Assembly: GCF_041146345.1 (NCBI RefSeq)
Contig: NW_027191411.1
Span: forward strand, 1,364,001-1,428,000
Length of the DNA stretch: 64,000 bases
From: Neodothiora populina
Lineage: Eukaryota
Direction of reading: 5' to 3'
The translations under genes and the position numbers were made by a program. Below, piece after piece: positions 52,224 through 62,179 of this stretch (positions are counted from its first letter, which is position 1; every line of letters begins with the position of its first letter). The notes below the pieces were generated by a model. The model did no database searches. It saw nothing but the letters and a program-made list of their open reading frames with translations, and had not been told where the DNA came from.

Positions 52224-52328
52224 GGTTGTGTAGTGTAGTGGTAAGCACGTGGGATTTTGACCATGCCCTGTTGTCATGACAGAACGCTTTGCATTCCCGA
52301 GTCCCCGGTTCGAACCCGGGCACGACCT
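52224..52328 (+). tRNA. tRNA-Gln (anticodon TTG) with a 33-nt intron (52261-52293)
   Basis: Acceptor stem GGTTGTG/CACGACC; A box TAGTGTAGTGG; anticodon arm TGGGA-TT-TTG-A/intron/T-TCCCG; B box GGTTCGAACCC; T4 run shortly after. Confidence 0.93.
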
Positions 52329-52667
52329 CGCTTTTGCGCCTCCGCGCTAGGTACCTTACCTTGTGCTTGTGACTGGTTGGCCCCATTATGGCGTTGTCGT
52401 CATCGGTTCGTTTTTTGGTGCCTTGAGTGATGGATGCCGTATTATTGGAATAATCAATTTGCTGACTGAGGCATGTCTCCTTTGTGTTGTATTACAGTGG
52501 ATAGTTGTATATATTCTCGAGTGTCGGATTACATATATTCTCTCATTAGGAAGAACGTGCGTGCGTGTGGACCAGCAGTGCATCGATACCGACAGTCTGC
52601 TGCTTCATACAATATTACTATTACACATATCAACAAACAAACCGAGCGATTGCTGCAGTATACTGCA

Positions 52668-53192
52668 ATGCCGCGCGCGACCAAACCCCACTCACAGCTG
52701 CATGCGCCCTCAGCGCCCTGCCCGAAACTCAACCACGCGGGACGAATGAGCTATCGCATAGGCAGAGGCGAGCTCGGCGTGCTCACGTTCGAGCCCTATA
52801 AATCCTACCTGTTACCTCTCTGGCGGTTCCGAACTCCTGAGATCGCTCGACAGTCATCGCGACTACTGTGGGACGAGTTCGAGAAGTTTGCCGAACTCAA
52901 GGATTTCGTGGGAATGGACATGACGCGCAAGTTCATCCAGATGGGCTTCACGCGCGCCAGACGATATTCAAATCACAAGGGCGGGCGCAAATATGATGGG
53001 GATGGGAAGGTGTTGCCGCGGAGTACGGGGCATGCTGATCAGAGTGACAAGGAAGAGGCCAGTGTGATGTTCAAGGAAGTGTGGGAGAGGTGTAAGAGGG
53101 ATGAGACGTATCTTCGTCTCAAGGGTGAATTTCAAAAGGATCAGAAGGCTTGGGATAAGGAGCAGAAAGACAAAACGAAAGAACCGAGTTGA
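52668..53192 (+). CDS. DUF4385 family protein
   Basis: YRIGRGELGVLTFEPYKS..LPLWRFRTP and FVGMDMTRKFIQMGFTRARRYSNHKGGRKY match my recollection of DUF4385; intronless. Confidence 0.82.
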   Translation: MPRATKPHSQLHAPSAPCPKLNHAGRMSYRIGRGELGVLTFEPYKSYLLPLWRFRTPEIARQSSRLLWDEFEKFAELKDFVGMDMTRKFIQMGFTRARRYSNHKGGRKYDGDGKVLPRSTGHADQSDKEEASVMFKEVWERCKRDETYLRLKGEFQKDQKAWDKEQKDKTKEPS

Positions 53193-53275
53193 AACGCCGT
53201 GCGCCTGATATCTTCCCTTCAAACCTTTCGCTATGTGGTTCGAATTGATGGCGGACGAAAAGTGATGAAACATAG

Positions 53276-53839
53276 CTATGCTTCATCGTCGTAAGAATGC
53301 ATCTGAACTAAGGATTAGTATCGTCTCACAGGCCTCAAGGCGACGACAACTTACGGATTGCGCAAAAGCCATCCACTCCTGCACGCCCTTGATATGAGGG
53401 CTGTCATCTAGCGGTTGAGCCTCGTGGTCCCAGACTGTGATCTTGTCGAACGAAGCAGATTCCTTCACGATCTTGACTTCAGGTGCCTCGACATCTGCTT
53501 CTTCTTCCTCCTCATCTGCGTCTGCCATGGAGCTGCTTGGAGGCTGTAAAAGGCATCGATCGGTCTTCTCTACAACTACTCCTATAAATGTGTCAAAACG
53601 CCATCTAAGACAATAAACCATCAAAGACTTGCACTACCTTTGTAACCTTCAGGTATGTTCAACGCACGACCAATAAGTTTCCGCCCTCGGAAATACGCCA
53701 TTTCTTTGCCATCCTCACTCGACTGTGGATCCCAATGTCTTTGCGATGCATTAACTTGGCCATTGTGATGTACTTTGCACGGAAGGATGTTGACAAGGCA
53801 CGCTGGGGCGCTCTTGTCTTGCTTCCGGAGTGCAAGCAT
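53276..53839 (-). CDS. RNH203: Ribonuclease H2 subunit C
   Basis: NILPCKVHHNG, AYFRGRKLIG, PEGYKG, FDKITVWDHE and EWMAFAQS|MH motifs; two introns. Confidence 0.88.
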
Positions 53840-53940
53840 TGTGATACGATATCTGTTTACCAATTGACTTGTAGAGTGGTATATGCGTTGTGTACAGGTA
53901 CAGTAGATGGCTTTGTGAACGTGAAATCAATATCAGTGCG

Positions 53941-53974
53941 ACGCGATTCGACGCGTTGCGTGGCTAAAGCGCGT
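53941..53974. promoter_or_regulatory. Cluster of MCB-like boxes (ACGCGA, ACGCGT, GCGCGT) upstream of RNH203
   Basis: Three CGCG-core sites in 34 bp, about 100 bp upstream of the ATG. Confidence 0.55.
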
Positions 53975-54840
53975 TCATCTCCGCTCTGTCCCTCGGCGAA
54001 TCTCACTAATGTCTACCTCATGGTACCTTATCTACTTATACGCAAAAATCCAAGCATGGCAAGCGATATTATATCATTTGCAAGCATGATCACCGTTGGC
54101 CAAGTCATACTCGACAGCTGCCTCGACGATAGTGAACAACCATGGTGAATGGATTTTGTTGGTACACGATGGTTCTGCTGCTATATCCATCGCCGCTATC
54201 AGATCTTCGGATAGCCCGTCGATTGCCGTGATCGATCTTGAGAAGAGGGGTCCCACTTTTTGACGCGGACCCTGCGTCCGGTCGGGGAAATACAAAAACC
54301 GAACTGGTGGGGTTGAAGCTCTTGAGACCTTTTGACGGCGTTTGTTGAGGCATTGTCGGGGCATTGTCGCATTCGATCCATTGTCCATTCACCATGTCCA
54401 TTTGTTATCATTTTGACTGGGACCCGAACAAATGGAAGCCGTGAATGCAGTCAAGATGCTCAAATCGAGGTTGACCCCGTTGTAGATGGACGAACAATCA
54501 GACTGCTTCAAATGATTGTCCCCAGGCTGCGATGCGCCGAAGCCCGCGGAAGCACTAATTTTCATCTAACAGTCTGACAGGAACATGAGCGTCATTAACA
54601 CCTCTTTAAGGAAAAGACCAAGGAGATATCACACACGTTAACTCCACGGGACTTTCCAATCCATGTCTGCGATGTGTGCATATGCATGCATCGGCGCCGT
54701 TGGATTGAGGTATTGCGTAGACAGGTAATTTAAACTCTCCGATGTGACTTGCTTTCGCTGTTGTCGTCTTCTTCAATTGTACGTTGGTGAACATATCTCC
54801 GTAGGCGCGTTCGATTTTGCTTCAAACGAGTGTTGCTGCT

Positions 54841-56408
54841 ATGATGATCGCGGATACCCTGACTGCGCCTTTGCAGTCTCTCCGAGGCTATGCTTGGGGT
54901 CCGCTAGTAGGCCTTTCGCGCACTGTAGTTCTATCGCTATTGTCGCATATACAAGAAGGCCAGCTCAAGATAGTCGACACTAATGGCAAGATCAGTGTTT
55001 ATGGTGACGATCAGCTCGCAACGGGCAGCTCGCCAAAGACCATCTACACGCCGCCGCAGGTAGTGTTGACCGTTCACAATGAGACCTTCTGGGTGAGGAT
55101 GCTGCTGTTTGCCGACATGGTGTGTAGTTCAACAAACAAGGTCGCGTATGGGACTTAATGAAGTTCCAGGGTTTCGCAGAGTCATATATGCTTGGGGAGG
55201 TATCGTGTACGGATCTCACGTCTTTCTTCAGGGTGAGTTACACTTCTATCCACAATACATGCTCCGCCGCAACGTAGAGGTTCCTCACTGACACGCCCTC
55301 ACCAGCTCTTCATATGCAACCGTAACCACTTATCCAATGGCTCCACACTCACGTCGAATCTGTCTGGAAAGGTGTCTTTCCTGTTACGAAAAACGAATAC
55401 CCTCACAACAGCAAGACTCAACATTGCCGCGCATTATGATATCTCAAATACAATGTTTGCCGCGTTTCTCTCCCCTGACATGACCTATTCATGTCCCATA
55501 TGGCTACCCAGATCGGATCCCAAGCACGCGGAAGAGTCCCTCGAGCAAGCACAAGAGCGCAAATTGATGCGATTTGTGGAAAACTGCAACATCAAAGAGA
55601 CAGATCACGTTCTTGAGATAGGCACAGGATGGGGAAGTTTCGCCATCACCGCCGTACGGGCGACAGGCTGCAGAGTCACCAGCCTGACCTTGTCGATTGA
55701 GCAAAAGGCTCTAGCAGAAGAGAGGATAGCGGAAGCGGGCTACACCGATAAGATAGAGGTGTTGCTGTGCGATTATCGTGCACTACCAGTGCCAGCCGGT
55801 GGACGGGGATTTGACAAGGTAGTGAGCATCGAAATGCTAGAAGCCGTCGGCAGAGAGTTCCTCACGACATACTTCGAATGCATCAACAGACTCTTGAAGA
55901 AGGAAGGTGGCATTGCCTGCTTCCAATGCATCACGATGCCAGAGAACGTAAGCTCGTCATCCTACAATCATCACTATTCTCGCAAGCAGTCAACTGACAT
56001 GGAGACCAAAAGCGTTACGACGCATATAGCAAATCAGACGACTTTATCCGCCGCTACATCTTCCCAGGCGGCCACCTGCCAACCACGACGCAGCTGATCG
56101 AAAGCATCAAAGCCGGCTCAGCAGGGACTCTGATCCCTGAATCCCTCGAGAACATCGGACCGCACTATGCCAAAACCCTGCGACTATGGAAAGAGAACTT
56201 CATGGCCAATTTCGACTGCGATATCAAGCCCGCGCTCTTGACCGAGCACGAGGGCATGACCAAGAGCGACATCGAGCTGTTCAGGAGGAAGTGGGAGTAC
56301 TACTTCACGTACTGCGAGGCGGGCTTCGTGAGCAAGACTCTGGGAGACGTGATTCTCACAGTCGGCAGAGAAGGTGCATTGGAGATGATGGAGGATGTGC
56401 CGATATAG
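54841..56408 (+). CDS. Cyclopropane-fatty-acyl-phospholipid synthase-like SAM-dependent methyltransferase
   Basis: DMGFAESY, NIAAHYDISN, DMTYSC, VLEIGTGWG, FDKVVSIEMLEAVG, YIFPGG and WEYYFTYCEAGF motifs; three introns. Confidence 0.92.
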
Positions 56409-56430
56409 ATAGATTGAGCCCAAGCGAACA

Positions 56431-56457
56431 AAGAAGAAGAAGAAGAAGAAGAAGAAG
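56431..56457. repeat. (AAG)9 microsatellite
   Basis: Perfect repeat in the 3' flank of the CFA-synthase-like gene. Confidence 0.9.
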
Positions 56458-58325
56458 AGATGAGCGGAACGCCAGTGGGAGGACTGTAATACGGCTAGAC
56501 GCAGATGTACTGTACTGCATGCATGCACGCATGTAGCTTGATGGGCGATCCTCTCACCTCATTAGACCCCTAGACTCCAATCCAGGCAAAGCATGTTCAC
56601 ATAAAGATCTTGTGCTACAGATGCCTATTTGACTTGACCTATTGTCCTAAGTCAGACCCTACAATCGAGTGCTACGTATTCAGATATGCCCGATCACCGA
56701 CCTTGTGTACATCATGGTTGTAATCACATAACCATCTCACTCACGATCGGCTCTCCTTCCCAACGAATGGTACGGCTTCCGTTCTCAGAATTTGCATACA
56801 AACGGGCCACAGTCCGCATCGAAAATGAAGAGAGTTATATACACACAGCCCTGTCAATCACTGGAGCATTGATCCCAACTGTTCAAGAAGAAACATGCTC
56901 GACAAGGTCAGCAGTTCCCATTCAAGACTGGTCGTCATGGCTTGGCATATCGTATTGCTTTCGCACTTGGAGACCGATTGGAATTTGCTAGCTACTGATC
57001 GCATGCGAGTCGCGCAAGGTTGTACACTGATTCTCGGTTGATTAAAAGGACACTCTACGCTCAAAGCCATTAAGCTCTGATACCAGGTATATTCAAACGA
57101 GACTCGTCGACTTTTCCAAATTGATACGCATGCTTGCGTATCGCACGTCAGATCGTTTAGTTCTGAGTTGATCAATACTAGGAAGCAACTCATACACAAC
57201 GTGCTGGTAATGTCAAATTCAAGAAGAAAAAATTTACTCGAAGCAACAGAAGATGTTGAATCGATTGCGGAGTGTGCAGCTTTAACCCAGAGTGGCTAGA
57301 CTATCAATCGTGTCGCGTCGAGTGGCTTGGAGAAAGCCGTGCATGTTATGGCATAAGAGACGATTGGGATACACCCAGCACTGGCTTTGGTCTTGTACCT
57401 GCTAAGAGATGGAAAATATGTTTGTAATGTTTGCGATTTGTTCCAACTGGATGTGGTATGTTACGTTGAGATAGTGATTCCCCAGCGCTACTGAGCATCC
57501 CCTCACGATGCAGCGACTGAGAATCAATCATCTATGGTATGCTAGTAGTGGCTCCCAGGGATTGAACATGCGGTACTACTCGCAGTGCTGAGCGAGACAG
57601 CGCTATCGAAAATGTCACCTCAGCCACGTGCTGACTGATGGATACAATGACAATAGCCGTCGAATCGTTGATGAGGTGTGGGAGTTAGAGTCCCTGCGTT
57701 GATGATGTTATCTCGTCCTCATAGGGTAACCTTTTCCACAGACTCCCAAAGTTATGCTTGCGTCTCGACATAAGATGGGTTCAGTGTGGCTTCCAGACTC
57801 GAGTCAGATTTTGTCTTATACAAATCAGACAAGATATCTGGCCGCGGCGCATCTGACATGAGGGCAAGCATCGAGTTGCACTCGAGTCTGAGGTTTGACC
57901 GATGCATCAAACACATTGCGAACCCGAAGAGTGACGAACAATAAAGGCCAGTGCTGCTTAAGGCGAGTCGGAGCTCTCAACACTGCCTTCTCAGAGGCCG
58001 GACTATACCTCGACACACATGATGGCGCACTCCTGTCGTCTCGACCACAACGAACAGTTCCTCAGCATTGCACGACAACGCGACAGACCGAAGGAGCGCT
58101 GTCGGCAGTATAGCCACTTCGGTGTCAGTGGTCAGGTCGTGCATGGCACAAGAGTGTGATCGTTCTTTCAGGACATCTCATCAGTCCATAGATCAATCAT
58201 TCATCCATTGACCAACCCAATGGACATGACGCTTCTCGAGGATTTGGCAGACAGTGAGAAGAGATGTTCGAACAATGGTGCCGACTGTGTCGTTTTCTGG
58301 AACGACGTGTACTTGCTGTTTCTGG

Positions 58326-59832
58326 CTACTCTGCGTGGTATCCTGTATGGGTATCGCTTTTCTCTCTGACACTGTGAGGCTGGTTAGCGAAAGAGATCGC
58401 CACCACTCGAATCTGCATCTGCAGAGGCGGAAGCATACGAGTACTGTCGCACCAGTGCACCCTCGCCTCCTTTCTCCAAATCAATATTGTAAACGAGAAA
58501 GTCGCCTTCGCTCGTTGCGACCATGACCTGCGGGGCATTATGAGCCATGGCAACGACACTTTTCACTGGGTTGCCGTTCCGGGCCCGGGGTATTTTCACC
58601 CAGGCAAAATCCCGTGCGGGTTCCCATATTTCTGTAACAGCGGAGGGAAGATAGCCCGCAGCACGGGAGACCAAGGAGGTGCTGACGTTCTGCGAGGTGC
58701 GTCTCATTATGGACATAAAGCCATGGTTGGTTGGCCGATCGGCAGCACTCTGATCAAGATGGGCCAGAGAAGTGGGATCCAAGGACGAAGAAGGGCTCTC
58801 GCTACGATCACGAGAGTCGGGGGTATGCGAAGTCAGAGAAGATGGATCAGGATTTACTTGATCAGAGGGTGATAGGCGGAATATGTGGATTGTCTCGGTG
58901 GCGCTTGAGACGCATAGAAGTGTGCTTGTAGCATTGAAAGAGATGCAGTGTATTCGAGCTGGCATGCTTCCACGACGAAATTGGTATAGTTTCCGGGCTG
59001 AAGGCAATTCGAATACACGGATGACTGTGCCCTTCTCTGAGGCTGTGGCTAAGAGAGTGCCCTCCTTATTCATGGCTATGCATGACAAAGGAGCCTGATG
59101 CGCGGGAATGACCTTGATCTCCTGCATGTCGTTGGCGTCAAAGAGCATGACATGGCCTCCCATGGGTTCGGAGATCCTTTGAGCGTTCGGCGGTACGTGA
59201 TTCGGTGCGGGATGTTGTAGGTACTCTTTCTTGCGCATAGGATAGGCAACGTAGTTGTTCTCAGAACTGGCCGAGAGGGCACATATGGCTGGAGGACGAA
59301 AAGTCAGCGACGAGAGCACAAGCATAGCATGGTGAATGCCACTAACCGTGTGGGTTGGACGGGGTGAGGATCTGATGTAGACTCCGCATGGAAGCGATAT
59401 CATAGATGAATATTAAATCATCGGTTATGACGAGTAGTCTTGTGCGGTTCAGGCGCAAGGCACCGATCCTCGTGGGAAAGGTGAGCTCGCATATTGTGGA
59501 CTGACGCTTGGTGTTGACAATGCGCAGCAGCCTAGGTGAGAGGACGAGAGCGATGAGTGAGGTGGAGAAGAGCATCTCGAGGATAGAGACATCTCCAGAC
59601 GAGCCATTGTCGGTATTCGGCGTTTGAAAATGCAGTTCGAAGGGATCGGTATGATAGGTTCGGATGCCATCAGTGGTGCCTGGTAGAGCCAGGCGATACA
59701 AGTCAGTGTTATGAAATAAGCAGGCAACCTTCAGGCAACCTTCAGGCAACCTTCAGGCAGTGGAAACGCGTAAGGCTTACCAACAGCTAGCTGCGTGCAG
59801 TCCTGGTTGAATGTGATGTAGTTGAGTGCCAT
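58326..59832 (-). CDS. ATG18: Autophagy PROPPIN Atg18
   Basis: MALNYITFNQD, EMLFSTSL, ICELTFP, ATASEKGTVIRVF and FRRG phosphoinositide motif; three introns; likely end SVREKSDTHTGYHAE*. Confidence 0.93.
59721..59759. repeat. 11-bp tandem repeat (CAGGCAACCTT) x~3.5 inside ATG18 intron 1
   Basis: Direct reading: caggcaacctt caggcaacctt caggcaacctt caggca. Confidence 0.9.
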
Positions 59833-60517
59833 TGCCGTTTCCGTTTGGCGATCGCTCTCGCGGACAGTGGATATGGCCTTGGGGGCAGACGGAGAATGAT
59901 TAGGTTGTTCGCGGGACTGAAGACCGCTATCTCAGCTGCGCAGGTACCATGTCATGTTGATTAGGCAGGTTGATTAATGGGTTTGGTCTAGTACAGGTTT
60001 GTGGAGTTGGTTGTACATGTATGCTTCGGCTGCCCAACTAAGCAATCAAGCTAAGATCGACTCCAGCACGACTTACAGACTCAAGTCCACAATCGTCACT
60101 TTGGATGTGAATGGACAAAATTGGCACTGATCAGACTGCATTCATCGCATCTTTCCCACGATTAAGGTTTTATCATGTTGAAATGAGCAGTCATTGTGGT
60201 ACCTGTAGAGGTTATTCCGATAGAAGGTCTGTGATGATGCGCGGCTAGCAAGTCGCCGACTTGCCCTCGGCTGATCCGGCCTTAAGACAAGAGAGAAAGA
60301 GAGAAAGAGAGCTTCAGCACAACCACAAGCAACGGACTCGTGGCCGTAGAACATGGTCTCGACACTTGCTTTTCTGTTGCTTCCGCCGCGTCACCAGCAC
60401 GCAGGGCAATGCAAAGAAGGAAGATTCGATGAAAGCCAAATTCATAGATCATCATCAGCCGAAACAGCTATTACTGTACGTCCAGATCTGATATATCACA
60501 GCTATCGTTGTTTCATC

Positions 60518-61265
60518 AGCCCTAGGCTTAGGGCAATCACCACCCGTGCGAACCTAGTCGTCAACTGTATCTGCGCACTGATGGTTTATTCTCATCTTCG
60601 AATGTAAAGGTACAGTACTTGTGGGAGAGGTGCTGTGAGAAGCCGAGGTGAGGTACAGTAGGTACTTAGACCGAAGCAAGGCATCGAGTAATTAGGTGTA
60701 CCAAAAGTGGCACAAGAATCTGCACCTCAGTCGGATCTCATGACTTCTAATGCAGGTACAATGGCGATGCTTTGCTCAAACCAGAAAACCACGAGTGCTC
60801 CCTTCCACTAGTAAGATGCCAAACCCATATCTCCCCATTCTTTATGTCCAATTGCTCCAGACAAGCCGTGCCCACGTCATCAAGTCCTTGGAACGCGTAT
60901 AGCAAGACCCCAAGGTTCCATTGCGTTGAAAATTGATGTTACGGACGCAAATCTCAGCGCCTTGCTAGATCCGGGTTTTGTTTTTCCAACCCTAGCGTGT
61001 CGGCGCTTTTGGATATCGATGCATATAACTCTGTAACCGCGCATTCGGGTGATTCGAAGTCTGCCCTATATCCTATACCCTACTGAGTTGTACCCTCCCT
61101 GCCCTTCCTTTCTTGCCCTCGGTGCCAGGTCCTTGAAGCGTCAAGGCAGAGCAGCAGTGTGTGACATCGCGTGCGCGCACTCCTTCTCTCCCACGTCCCC
61201 TCAAGCCACTTCTCACTCAGCCCTAGTTACTGTGATACAGTACGCAAACCCTGGGTTTAGGGTTA
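60518..61265. promoter_or_regulatory. Cluster of Tbf1-type ARCCCTA/TTAGGG sites in the ATG18-TBF1 divergent promoter
   Basis: AGCCCTAG 60518, TTAGGGC 60528, AACCCTAG 60988, AGCCCTAG 61219, AAACCCTGGGTTTAGGGTTA 61246-61265. Confidence 0.55.
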
Positions 61266-61338
61266 TCACTGTCTCGTCTACTGACTATTGCGCGCTTACT
61301 CTCTGCGCGACGGAGAGATAGATAATAATTACGAGACC

Positions 61339-62133
61339 ATGTCAGGTGAGTCTGCTGTTGGCACCCATGTCTTCTCAATTACCCTGACTTTCTTGCGACT
61401 CGACTCGATTCAAAAACACCCTCCTTTCCTTGCCTCCCCTTGTCTTGCTCCTGTTTGTGTTTTCCTTCCTTTTGCCTCACCCTTCTTTCGCCCTCCGCAT
61501 CATCCAAGCCAGCCACGCGACGCCGCCCGTCTGGTCAACCAACAAAGCAGGCAAAGCAAGCACAAGCAATCCTTGGATCGCCAACGCTGCGCTGCACCTT
61601 AGCACTCGCATCTAAACTAGCTGCATCAGCATAGACTGAATCCCACCCGTGTTTTTAGGCCATGACTCGATCCACTCGCCCAACCTCAATTCGGCCGCCT
61701 CATACTCGGCTGCCCTTGGTGGACTGTCGACTACAGCGACACCAACTGGCCAACTGCGAGACAGTCCGTCACATCACTCATCCCAGTCAGCCACCAAGCG
61801 TCGGAGAGACGCGCCTGGCAGGGACGACGAGGCAGCCGGAGACAACGACGCGAAGCGCATCCGACGTGACGACTTCGATCACTCCAATGCTTCATCCGCT
61901 CACTTCACTCCTCCCTCCACTCTTTACGATGCCCAGCTGAACGCGCAACAAGCCTTTGTGAGCGCGACGAACAGCGAATCTTCCACTCCATATGCGCAGC
62001 AGTCTGTCTTCTCCAATGCACACGGCTCGCCTTTTCCACAGCACAACCTCGATCCTGCCATCCAGTCTTACCCTTCTCCGCTGCCGCCCTCTCAGCATTC
62101 CCAGCAACAGGATCAGCGCCAGGACCACAACCA

Positions 62134-62179
<46 letters not shown>

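Noticed and set aside
60231..60460. Box C/D snoRNA (TGATGA..CTGA pairs on either strand)
   Set aside because: Box spacing is atypical, there is no convincing terminal stem, and I found no rRNA-complementary guide.
61257..61265. Telomerase RNA template (TAACCCTAA on the minus strand)
   Set aside because: It lies only ~75 bp from the TBF1 start codon, and I recognised no pseudoknot or three-way-junction element. A Tbf1 binding site is the simpler explanation.
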